This document shows positions 1 to 9,434 of a DNA stretch of 64,000 nt, in pieces (within the stretch, counting starts at the first letter, position 1; the number at the start of each line of letters is the position of its first letter). This DNA comes from Terriglobia bacterium (GTDB lineage: Bacteria > Acidobacteriota > Terriglobia > Terriglobales > Acidobacteriaceae), in NCBI GenBank assembly GCA_020072645.1, contig JAIQGK010000013.1:89809-153808 (forward strand). The letters run 5' to 3'. The notes below the pieces were generated by a model that ran no database searches, had not been told where the DNA came from, and worked only from the letters and a program-made list of their open reading frames with translations. A program made the translations under genes and the position numbers.

Positions 1-565
1 TGACCAGCAAAATTGTAGTGCCGCCGGAGCGCATGTCCGCCAGCAGTTTGGCAATCTGCAATGCTGAGTCAGGATCCACGTTGGAAAAAGGCTCATCGAG
101 CAAGAGGAGCCGCGGCTCGTGAAAAATCGCCCGCGCCAGAGAAAGCCGCTGGCGCATTCCCTGTGAATACTGGCCGATTCGGCGGTCCAGCTTGTCATCC
201 AGGCCGACACGCTGCATCGCCTGGGCCAGAGGCTCATCAGAGTTCACGCCGTAAAGCTGGCCAAAGAAGCGCAGGTTCTCCATGCCGGAAAGCTCGTCAT
301 AGAGCAGCGGCGCGTGGGCCATATAGCCCATGCGATTGAGCGCCTGCTTGTTGTGAATGCCATAAATCTGGATGCTGCCTTCCGTCGGCTCATTGAGTCC
401 GGCAATCATGCGCAGCAACGTGGATTTGCCTGCGCCGTTTTCTCCGCGCAGTACATAAAACCGCCCCGGCTCCAGCGCAAGCGAGACTTTTCTTACCGCG
501 GCGGTGCGGCCATAAATCTTGGAGACGTTTTCAGTGCGGACAGGAGGAGCGTCGGGAGTCGTCAG
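1..565 (-). CDS. ccmA: ABC transporter ATP-binding protein, probable heme exporter CcmA (3' end runs off the window)
   Basis: My own minus-strand translation from ~565 to 1 gives VRTENVSKIYGRTAAVRKVSLALEPGRFYVLRGENGAGKSTLL (Walker A), YSQGMRQRLSLARAI (signature-like) and LLLLDEP (Walker B). It is absent from the ORF track because there is no stop inside the window. It lies directly 3' of ccmE. The start is uncertain: only CTG at 565-563 is available. Confidence 0.8.
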   Translation of the reverse strand, partial: MTTPDAPPVRTENVSKIYGRTAAVRKVSLALEPGRFYVLRGENGAGKSTLLRMIAGLNEPTEGSIQIYGIHNKQALNRMGYMAHAPLLYDELSGMENLRFFGQLYGVNSDEPLAQAMQRVGLDDKLDRRIGQYSQGMRQRLSLARAIFHEPRLLLLDEPFSNVDPDSALQIAKLLADMRSGGTTILLV

Positions 566-574
566 CGGCGGACC

Positions 575-1021
575 TCAGTATCCTTTCGACGGCTGCTGTG
601 CGGCCGGCGCTCCGGGCTGTTGCTGCTGCGGAGCGTATTTTGAGGCGCATTTAGCCTGTAGCTCATTGGCGTAAAAAACGCCATCGTGCTTATAAACACC
701 CATGGCCAGCGCCTGGGCGTTGTCCTTGAAAGTGTCCGGCGGCGGCTCTGAGCCTTTATAGACCACACGCAGCGTCTCGCCGTTTTCCACCAACTGGAAA
801 TCGGCATGCGGGCCGCTCATCTTGATGGATCCGGGAAGTACATTGCCGGCAACGCGCAGGTTCTTCTTGTAAACATCATCACCCATCGCGTGCAGCTCTT
901 TAATGGTGACGTAATAGCTCTTGCTTTCCTGCGCGCCCAGATAGGCCAGATAAGCCACGGTCAACACGATCAGCATGATCGCGGCCCCAAACTTAAGGTA
1001 TTTATTGCGTTCTTGTGACAT
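575..1021 (-). CDS. ccmE: cytochrome c-type biogenesis heme chaperone CcmE (CxxxY variant)
   Basis: 148 aa with an N-terminal TM anchor (FGAAIMLIVLTVAYLAYLGA) and an OB-fold-like body (YYVTIKEL...LRVAGNV...FQL...LRVVYKG..PD.F). The C-terminal AKCASKY aligns with the AKHDENY heme-binding region of classical CcmE. Confidence 0.85.
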   Translation of the reverse strand: MSQERNKYLKFGAAIMLIVLTVAYLAYLGAQESKSYYVTIKELHAMGDDVYKKNLRVAGNVLPGSIKMSGPHADFQLVENGETLRVVYKGSEPPPDTFKDNAQALAMGVYKHDGVFYANELQAKCASKYAPQQQQPGAPAAQQPSKGY

Positions 1022-1136
1022 GACTTCTCAAAGGTTATCCCCGCTTGGGGCGCGGGTCAAGCGTCTTAATGGAGATGCGTGATACAGATCACAAGGGCTT
1101 TCTATGGCGCGTATAATAAAGGGTTTCCGATCATAA

Positions 1137-2606
<1,470 letters not shown>

Positions 2607-2669
2607 ATTCAGCCCGCGTATTGGCTGCTTGTGCCAAGAGGCGCAGTGCGAATGCCTGGAGCAAAGTGA

Positions 2670-3704
2670 ATGGCGCTTTGTACGTCGTGCGGCAATCAGG
2701 TAGAGGACGCGGCAAGTTTCTGTACGTCGTGTGGCAAGCCAATGCCCGTTGCGGCACGGCCTTCCTCGGCGGTAACGGTTGCGCGGCCAATTTGCGCTTC
2801 CTGCGGCGCGCAGGCCGATCCTGATTCTGTTTTCTGCACGGAATGCGGCAAACCGCTGAACGCTGAGCCAGCACTGATTGGCGAAGCTGCTCCTGCTGTC
2901 GCGGCCATTGCTCCGCCCGAAGCAAAGAACACTGCGCCCACAGCTTCACGTAATCCTTTTTGCACATCGTGTGGAACCAAGCTGGAACCCGGAACCGGCT
3001 TTTGTACGAATTGCGGACAGCCGATAGCGGACGAATCAACCAACGTTCCGCACCAAGAGAAAAACGCTGCGATCCCGACTCCGGCGGTTGAAGCTACGCA
3101 GCCGGTTCGCGTCGAACCGGTCATTGCGAACCCAGCCAGTGACGAGCAAACAAAATATCCAAACAAGGCGGAGCCGGTTGTCGCTGCACCTGTGGCTTCG
3201 AGAGTGGAATCAACGCAATCCGCAGTCGCAGCAAAGCCTTTGGTGGAAGCTCGGCCCATTGCAGCTGTTCCGATCCAACCAACTCTAGTTGAACCCGCTC
3301 CAGTCGAACCAACTCCGCACGTTGCTGCGCCGCTTTACGCCACGCCCAGTGACTATCCGCCCGCGCAGCCCGGAGGAAACGGATTTCGCATAATTGTTCT
3401 GGTCCTGCTGCTGTTAATCGTGATTGGTGGTTTTGGCGGCTGGTATTTTATGGGCGTGGAAACCGTGATTGTCTGCAGCCCGCCGGACGTAACGGTCTTT
3501 CTTGACGGCAAAGAACTGCCTCCAACATCCTACGGCAGGTATGTGATTCCGCACCTGTCACGCCAGGCGCATTTACTCAGAGTCGAGAGTCCCGGATTTG
3601 CCGACACGATTGAGCGCCTGGATTTTCCAATGACGTCACTGCATGAGTGGGTCAACATAAAACTGGTTCCGCGCAGAGCGATCCGGCCTTCATCCTCGCG
3701 CTAA
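2670..3704 (+). CDS. membrane protein with three N-terminal zinc-ribbon repeats, one TM helix and a C-terminal PEGA-like domain
   Basis: Three CxxCG-N11-14-CxxCG units (CTSCG..CTSCG, CASCG..CTECG, CTSCG..CTNCG), a Pro/Ala/Val-rich linker, the TM segment FRIIVLVLLLLIVIGGFGGWYF, then VFLDGKEL...LLRVESPGFAD (PEGA-type). Confidence 0.75.
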   Translation: MALCTSCGNQVEDAASFCTSCGKPMPVAARPSSAVTVARPICASCGAQADPDSVFCTECGKPLNAEPALIGEAAPAVAAIAPPEAKNTAPTASRNPFCTSCGTKLEPGTGFCTNCGQPIADESTNVPHQEKNAAIPTPAVEATQPVRVEPVIANPASDEQTKYPNKAEPVVAAPVASRVESTQSAVAAKPLVEARPIAAVPIQPTLVEPAPVEPTPHVAAPLYATPSDYPPAQPGGNGFRIIVLVLLLLIVIGGFGGWYFMGVETVIVCSPPDVTVFLDGKELPPTSYGRYVIPHLSRQAHLLRVESPGFADTIERLDFPMTSLHEWVNIKLVPRRAIRPSSSR

Positions 3705-3714
3705 CAATCGCCAA

Positions 3715-3756
3715 TAAAAAGAAAAGCCGGCGCTCAAGCACCGGCTGATCCTTCTT
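3715..3756. terminator. bidirectional intrinsic terminator candidate between convergent genes
   Basis: Hairpin agccggcg/caccggct (3725-3746) flanked by an A-run on the left and T-rich sequence on the right. It sits between the stop at 3704 (+) and the stop at 3768 (-). Confidence 0.6.
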
Positions 3757-3767
3757 AAATCTCTGAC

Positions 3768-5471
3768 CTAATTGTCCAAATCAGAAAAATGTTTCAATCC
3801 TGCCTGCTGGCCAGCCTGTTTTGGTTTCTGCGTCGGCATCGGGCGTGAATAGTGGCGTATGACAACGTCATCGCCAATCTGCTTTTCAGACTGCTCCGCC
3901 ACCAGGTGCGCTTGTCGCACGCGCGGCGAAGGCTTTGTAACAGTTCCCGCCGATTGTGTTTGCGTGGGCCGCGCTCCTTGCCCCGGCTGCGGCTTGGCTT
4001 GTGGCAACGCCGCAATGGGCTGCGATGTCTGCTGCTTAGTCGTTCCGGTCTGGACAGTTACGCCTGCAGTTTGCCCTCCGGTTTGCACAGTCACGCCATT
4101 CGAGGGCCGAGTTGTAGTGCTGGCCAAGGGCGGGCGCGACGAATGAAACAGTCCCAGGACAATTCCCATGATGAACAGCGCGGTTACTGCGGCGGCCCCG
4201 GTCAACACAGCGCGCAACGGCGGATTGATACTGCGCCATAGCTCCATCGGCGTAGCCGTGATGGCGGCACGGGCTGGACTTACCGGCTCTGGTTTCGAGG
4301 CCGCAACAGCCGGCGCTTCGCGCCGACGTTCCTGAGCAGGCGGTCTTTGATAATAGCTCGATGAAGACTGGCTCGGCGCCGGCATGGGGGGCTCAAAAGG
4401 CATGGATTCACGCGCTCGCTCCGGAGGCAATCCGGGCTCGCGCTGGCGGACAAGTTCCATTAGCCTTGCGGCTGCCTGTTCGCGTGCCAGTTCCAGCTCC
4501 GCGGCACGTTGATGCGCTTCCGCGCGGCGCTGTTCCAGATCCAGCAGGCGAGCGGCATGTTCAGCCCGAGCTTCAGCGGAGCGCACCTGCGCCCGCTTCC
4601 TGTATTCCTCAAAATGATCGCGAACAGAAGCCTTAGTGGATGCAGCCAGAGCCAGCGCGCCTGCCCATGTCTGTGCTGCGACTCGTGCGCCATCCTGCAA
4701 AACTTTTTTGCCGCGCTCAGGGATGTGCGAATGATCCTGGCGACGGACTACAGGCGCAGCCTCTTGCTGTTTCTCTTCATCCGTGCGGTTTGTCCGACCG
4801 CTAAAAGGTGTTAGTTGTGCCAAGTAAGGCATGGGATCGGCGGCCCGGGGCGGCTCAGGAAAGATGATGGGAGCAGCAGCATGCTCTTCCGTGCGCCGTT
4901 CGGCCATCGGTGCAGCCGCCATAGGTTCCACGGCGGGCGAATCTTCCAGGAACGCCACGGGCGGCATTGGTTCCTGTTCCATTACAGGTACATCAATCAC
5001 TTCATTGCTGACCTGCGCTGCCGGCATTTCAATCACGGGAGCAAAAGCAGCTTCAAAATCGCGCTCTGGATCGCGCTCAGCCGCAGGCTGCGACTCCAGA
5101 TGCATCACTTTTTCAGCCACCGGTTCAGCCATGACTTTCTGGAATATCGCAGGCTCGGGCGCTCTCATCTCGGATTCAATCGGCTGTGGCGCGGTCGATC
5201 CATACATAATCGGCTCTGCTGCAGGCTTTGGCGTCATCTGCAAAACGCCGGGAGCCACGGCCACGTCAGCCCCAAGCTCGGTCGCCAGGTCAGCGGCGCG
5301 GTCCAGCACGTCTGCCCTTTCGCAGACCTCAAACTCTATTTCCAGATCAGCCGGGGTCAGATTGATTTGGTCCGGACGCGCCACTTCAACGCTATAACCC
5401 TGTTGCTTGAGTTGGCTGGAAAGGTCCGCTGTCCGTTCCGGATTGCGCGTAAGTATGCGAGCCAGTGGCAT
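3768..5471 (-). CDS. hypothetical Pro/Ala-rich membrane-anchored protein
   Basis: 567-aa ORF with a compact N-terminal domain (MPLARILTRNPERTADLSSQLKQQGYSVEV), a charged coiled-coil-like stretch (EARAEHAARLLDLEQRRAEAHQRAAELELAREQAAARL), one TM helix (AVLTGAAAVTALFIMGIVLGLF) and a Thr/Gln-rich tail with GVTVQTG repeats. The antisense ORF 4815..5858 has junk-like R/H/C-rich composition. Confidence 0.6.
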   Translation of the reverse strand: MPLARILTRNPERTADLSSQLKQQGYSVEVARPDQINLTPADLEIEFEVCERADVLDRAADLATELGADVAVAPGVLQMTPKPAAEPIMYGSTAPQPIESEMRAPEPAIFQKVMAEPVAEKVMHLESQPAAERDPERDFEAAFAPVIEMPAAQVSNEVIDVPVMEQEPMPPVAFLEDSPAVEPMAAAPMAERRTEEHAAAPIIFPEPPRAADPMPYLAQLTPFSGRTNRTDEEKQQEAAPVVRRQDHSHIPERGKKVLQDGARVAAQTWAGALALAASTKASVRDHFEEYRKRAQVRSAEARAEHAARLLDLEQRRAEAHQRAAELELAREQAAARLMELVRQREPGLPPERARESMPFEPPMPAPSQSSSSYYQRPPAQERRREAPAVAASKPEPVSPARAAITATPMELWRSINPPLRAVLTGAAAVTALFIMGIVLGLFHSSRPPLASTTTRPSNGVTVQTGGQTAGVTVQTGTTKQQTSQPIAALPQAKPQPGQGARPTQTQSAGTVTKPSPRVRQAHLVAEQSEKQIGDDVVIRHYSRPMPTQKPKQAGQQAGLKHFSDLDN

Positions 5472-5652
5472 GGGGGAGCCACCTCCCAGGAGATTTTACA
5501 GAGGCCGGAATCTTTCAGGAATCCAGCCGCACGTGTACATAGTACAGCAGTGGCGTGGATAATTAGACGCAAATTGCGAGGCGAGGGGTGTCTGGGGGGC
5601 GACCTTTTCAGTCACTTCAGCAAACTTAACAACCCATCCGGGGAACGGGCCT

Positions 5653-5856
5653 TTAGTTCACTTCAGCAAAGTCCATGCCGTCGGCAAACTGCAGCCCGGC
5701 AATCTGCTTTGCGTGGTGCTGAACTTCCAGGTACGCCGTCATCAGCGCAATATGCACTGATTCGCGCTGCGCGGGGCTGGTGCATTCCGTACGAATGCGG
5801 TCGAGTTCCAAATACCGGTCATGGGCTTGCACGAATTTGTTTACGACTCTGTTCAT
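5653..5856 (-). CDS. hypothetical small protein (67 aa)
   Basis: An intact ORF with protein-like composition and no recognised domain. A perfect palindrome lies ~80 nt upstream. Confidence 0.4.
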   Translation of the reverse strand: MNRVVNKFVQAHDRYLELDRIRTECTSPAQRESVHIALMTAYLEVQHHAKQIAGLQFADGMDFAEVN

Positions 5857-5935
5857 AGCTTCACCATTGTTCTAGGAGTGAACGCAACCGCGAATCACTC
5901 AAAGACCTTAGAACCCTGCCTACTATCCACTAGCT

Positions 5936-5963
5936 AAGTAACGTTACCTGCATAACGTTACTT
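5936..5963. promoter_or_regulatory. perfect 11-6-11 inverted repeat (operator-like)
   Basis: aagtaacgtta cctgca taacgttactt. The arms are exact reverse complements, and each arm contains the sub-palindrome taacgtta. Confidence 0.5.
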
Positions 5964-6153
5964 GGCAGGATCGAGCAACAGTTTGCGCCTAAAGACCGCC
6001 CATTTCTGTGAGGGTAATCACACAAGTTGCCGGTTTTTCTGAACAGAATTCAGCGCTGCGTAAAAAGCTGGAACACCTTAAACTGCGCGATTTCAGCCAT
6101 GCTTTTTCAGCTCATGCACTAATCATTGTGCGGTGCAATTTCAGCTCGATTGA

Positions 6154-6606
6154 CTACTCTCGGGGTTCTGAAAACACCGTTTCCTCTGGGACGTCAGTAA
6201 AGCTTTCGAAGTCGAGTTTGTAGCCGTCGGGATCTTCCACGGACGTTACCCACATCGCGTTCCCGACGAACGGCCTTTTCGCTTCAATCCCGCGGGACTT
6301 GAAATCTTTGTAAAGAGCCGGCGCGTCTTTGCATTGGAAGCAGATGGAAACGCCCACGCCAACCTTGCTTTCCGCCGTCCAGGCATTTGGACCTTCTTTA
6401 CGGAACTCCTGCAGCATGATCGCGGCATTACCAAGTTCCAGCCAGCACCAGCGTATTTTGCCGTCGCCATCCGGAGTCCATTTTTTGGTCATCTCAAAGC
6501 CGAGTCCGTCGACATAAAAACGCAGCGACGCTTCCATGCTGCTGACACGAAAGAACGGTACGGCCTGTTCGACGTTGACTTCGGTTCTGGTTTGAGTTGC
6601 CATCAA
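6154..6606 (-). CDS. VOC (glyoxalase/bleomycin-resistance) family protein
   Basis: 150 aa with FFRVSSMEASLRFYVDGLGFEM...WCWLELG...VEDPDGYKL, typical of the VOC beta-alpha-beta-beta-beta fold. Confidence 0.8.
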   Translation of the reverse strand: MMATQTRTEVNVEQAVPFFRVSSMEASLRFYVDGLGFEMTKKWTPDGDGKIRWCWLELGNAAIMLQEFRKEGPNAWTAESKVGVGVSICFQCKDAPALYKDFKSRGIEAKRPFVGNAMWVTSVEDPDGYKLDFESFTDVPEETVFSEPRE

Positions 6607-6648
6607 GTCTTCCTGAACCCGGCACGATCTTCATTTGCTGCTTCCAAA

Positions 6649-6742
6649 TTGGCTCTTGGCTTTTGGCTTTGGCTCTTAGCCTCTACCTCAGGCTGCTTGC
6701 ACATCTCGCCTTGGCTGATTGCCAATTGCTAGCTGCTAGCTG
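6649..6742. repeat. low-complexity post-stop element (TTGGCT/GCTAGC-type), family F
   Basis: ttggctcttggcttttggctttggctcttagcc ... cgccttggctgattgccaattgctagctgctagctgcta lies immediately 3' of the glcF stop. Related tails occur at 27238-27278, 29825-29880, 40186-40218 and 55675-55707. Confidence 0.7.
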
Positions 6743-8074
6743 CTAATTGCTCGAGTACGCCTCATCCAGCAGTTCCATCACATGCTTCACCGGCGTATGC
6801 AGCCCACGCTGCTGCACTCCGGCGCGTAACTGGATCATGCACCCCACGTTCGCCGTAGCCAGCATGTCAGAAGAAACGGAGGTCACGTCTTCCATCTTCT
6901 TCTCCAGGATTTTCATCGAGAGCTCATTCTGCGCCACGTTATACACTCCGGCGCTGCCGCAGCACTGGTCAGAGTGCGGCAATTCCACCAGTTCGCATCC
7001 AATGGCTGCCAGCAGTTCGCGTGGCTGCGTGCGGATGCGCTGCGCATTGGCCAGATGGCACGGATCCTGATAAGCCACCTTCTGCCCGATTTTTCTTTTC
7101 GGCGCAACCAAACCGATTCCCGCCAGATATTCCGTCACGTCTTTCATCTTGGCCTTGAATTCTTTCGCGCGGCCCAGGTATGCCGGATCGTTTTCCAGCA
7201 GGTCGTCATATTCCTTCATATTCGATCCACAACCAGCTGCGTTGGTCACAATCGCGTCATAGTCGGCGCCCAGAAAGATATTGATGTTATGCCGCGCCAG
7301 CTCGCGCGCTTCTTCCCGCAGTCCGGCGTGAGCATGCAACGCGCCGCAGCAGCCCTGCCCATCGGGAATGTGGACTTCAATTCCGTTCTGCGTGAGCACG
7401 TTTACCGTGGCATGGTTGAGGTGTGAGAACGCGACGTTGTTGATGCATCCTGCCACGAAAGCCACTTTGCCGCGCTTCGCGCCGACTGCCGGAAAGACCT
7501 TGCCAATCTCGCCGAAGAAAAACTCCTTGTCGATCTGTGGAGAAAGTTTGTCCAGGTCAGCTACGCCCAGCAGCTTCAGCAGGCCAGACTTCCGCACCAG
7601 CGTCTGCAAACCTGACCTTTGATAGAAACGCATGAGCTTGGCCACGAGACTTAAGGTACGGAAATTCGGAATCACCTTGTTATAAAAAAAGCTCCGGAGC
7701 ACGCGCTGAATAAACGGACGCTTATAGCCCTGTTCAATCTGCGCCCGCGCCCGCTCCACAATGCGCCCATATTTCACGCCGGAGGGGCACGCGATCTCGC
7801 AGGCCACGCAGCCCAGGCAGCGGTCAATGTGCTGGACAAACGTATCCCCCAGCGGCATCTTGCCTTCATTCACCTGCAATGTCTGGTAGATGCGGCCGCG
7901 CGGCGAATCCATCTCCATGCCCAGAACTTTGTACGTGGGACAATGGTTCAGGCACAGCCCGCAATGGACGCACGTGGAAAGCAGCTCCCAGCTCGGAGCA
8001 TCCTTTGCAAGGTTTGCAGGCGGCTGCAAATGAGGATCGTGCACATGCGGCTTGAACGCGGTGGTCTCAGACAA
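6743..8074 (-). CDS. glcF: glycolate oxidase iron-sulfur subunit GlcF
   Basis: 443 aa with two 4Fe-4S ferredoxin motifs (CVHCGLCLNHCP, CLGCVACEIACP) and two CCG-type Cys-rich domains (GCCG, QCCGSAG). Its start overlaps the glcE stop. Confidence 0.9.
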   Translation of the reverse strand: MSETTAFKPHVHDPHLQPPANLAKDAPSWELLSTCVHCGLCLNHCPTYKVLGMEMDSPRGRIYQTLQVNEGKMPLGDTFVQHIDRCLGCVACEIACPSGVKYGRIVERARAQIEQGYKRPFIQRVLRSFFYNKVIPNFRTLSLVAKLMRFYQRSGLQTLVRKSGLLKLLGVADLDKLSPQIDKEFFFGEIGKVFPAVGAKRGKVAFVAGCINNVAFSHLNHATVNVLTQNGIEVHIPDGQGCCGALHAHAGLREEARELARHNINIFLGADYDAIVTNAAGCGSNMKEYDDLLENDPAYLGRAKEFKAKMKDVTEYLAGIGLVAPKRKIGQKVAYQDPCHLANAQRIRTQPRELLAAIGCELVELPHSDQCCGSAGVYNVAQNELSMKILEKKMEDVTSVSSDMLATANVGCMIQLRAGVQQRGLHTPVKHVMELLDEAYSSN

Positions 8075-9434
8075 TGAATCTTCCCCTGTTCAAAATGTTT
8101 TTCGGATCAATGGCCCGCTTCACCGCGCGCATCATCTTCACGTCCGTCGGCGTCGTGCCCCAAACGTCAAAGTGAGGCTTGGCTTCTTTGGGGCAGTGCG
8201 CCACTTCAGCCGACGAGCCAGGCGGCAGCATCCCGCGCAACGCGGAAACGCAGTTGGCATACTGCATGGCCGATGGCGGATCGACCGAGAGCGGCATGAG
8301 CGCCAGCACCAGGTTACCAGTGGCGGCGCGGCCCACGGCGGCAGGAATAAGGTTGTAATCCGGAGCCACGCGTTGCAGCGCCTGCAATGCCGGGCCAACA
8401 TTCTGGATGGCCAGATGCGTGTACAGCACCATGGCGTTTCTGTGCCGTGCCAGCACGCTTTCCTCAAAGTGGGAAATCCATCCCCAGAACTCTTCTTCAG
8501 CCGCGCCTTCCAGCGTGCGAGTGACAGCCGAACCAAGTTCGCGGGCATAGCGGCCCAGGATGTTGTCGCTTCCCGTTGCGCGCAGCACAATCTGCCACTC
8601 CACGGCTGGCAGTGAAACGGGCTGCTCCGGCGAGTAATGGTCTGGATCGCGCACCGTTCCCTGGTTGCGCAGATACTCTGAAGCTCCCGGAGAAATAATT
8701 TCCATGCACATGGGCGTCAGCGGAGACTGAAAGAGCCGCGTGCGGAATTGCAGCGCTTCATCGAGTGAATGGAATGAGCAGGCAAACGTCCGCGTCTGCC
8801 GCGGCCGGGGAAAGACTTTGAAGTTGGCCCGCGTGATTACCGCCAGCGATCCGTAGCTGCCGGTAAGCAGCTTCATCAGATCATAACCCGCGACGTTCTT
8901 CACCACGCGTCCGCCGCCTTTTACCACTTTGCCATCGGCCGTCACGAACTGGACTCCAATGCAGAAGTCGCGCATGTGGCCGAACGTGGATTTGAGCGGC
9001 CCTGCCGCGCCCGTAGCGAGCAGCCCGCCAATCGTCGCGTGCTCCAAACTGGACGCATCGCACGGGACCCACTGCTGATGTTCACCCAACTGCCGCTGCA
9101 TTTCCGCAAACGGCATGCCGGCCTGCACTGCAATCGTCAGGTCGCCCGGATCATATTCTTCAACCTTGTTCAGGCGCGTGGTGCTCAGCAGAATGTCGAT
9201 TCGCTCCGGCACGCAGCCAATCTGCTGCTTGGTGAGTCCGCCCGCAGGGGCCACGATCAAATCGCGGTTATTCGCCAAATGCAGAATCGCGCCAACCTCA
9301 TCGGCTGAGCCGGGAGAGACCACAACGGAAGGAACAATGCCGTTAATCTCAAAGTCTGTGCGCTTGACGTTGGCGTTGCCCACAATCGCGGCCAGTTCAC
9401 GATCAACCGAAGCTGGTGATGTTACGGTGCTCAT
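8067..9434 (-). CDS. glcE: glycolate oxidase FAD-binding subunit GlcE
   Basis: 455 aa with an FAD-binding PCMH-type N-terminus (VVSPGSADEVGAILHLANNRDLIVAPAGGLTK). It is sandwiched between glcD and glcF with overlapping stops and starts. Confidence 0.8.
   Translation of the reverse strand: MSTVTSPASVDRELAAIVGNANVKRTDFEINGIVPSVVVSPGSADEVGAILHLANNRDLIVAPAGGLTKQQIGCVPERIDILLSTTRLNKVEEYDPGDLTIAVQAGMPFAEMQRQLGEHQQWVPCDASSLEHATIGGLLATGAAGPLKSTFGHMRDFCIGVQFVTADGKVVKGGGRVVKNVAGYDLMKLLTGSYGSLAVITRANFKVFPRPRQTRTFACSFHSLDEALQFRTRLFQSPLTPMCMEIISPGASEYLRNQGTVRDPDHYSPEQPVSLPAVEWQIVLRATGSDNILGRYARELGSAVTRTLEGAAEEEFWGWISHFEESVLARHRNAMVLYTHLAIQNVGPALQALQRVAPDYNLIPAAVGRAATGNLVLALMPLSVDPPSAMQYANCVSALRGMLPPGSSAEVAHCPKEAKPHFDVWGTTPTDVKMMRAVKRAIDPKNILNRGRFIV

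Noticed and set aside
575-577. TGA readthrough producing a CcmE-CcmA fusion protein.
   Set aside because: The frames are continuous. However, the CcmE C-terminus is periplasmic and CcmA is a cytoplasmic ATPase, so a fusion is topologically implausible. Non-canonical initiation or reinitiation is more likely. The junction itself is kept as a finding.
5608-5672. A direct repeat tcacttcagcaaa (5611-5623 and 5658-5670) duplicating the last codons (FAEV) of the 67-aa ORF just downstream of its stop.
   Set aside because: It is only 13 nt, a single pair, with no further structure. It could be chance or a small slippage remnant, which is not enough to call a feature.
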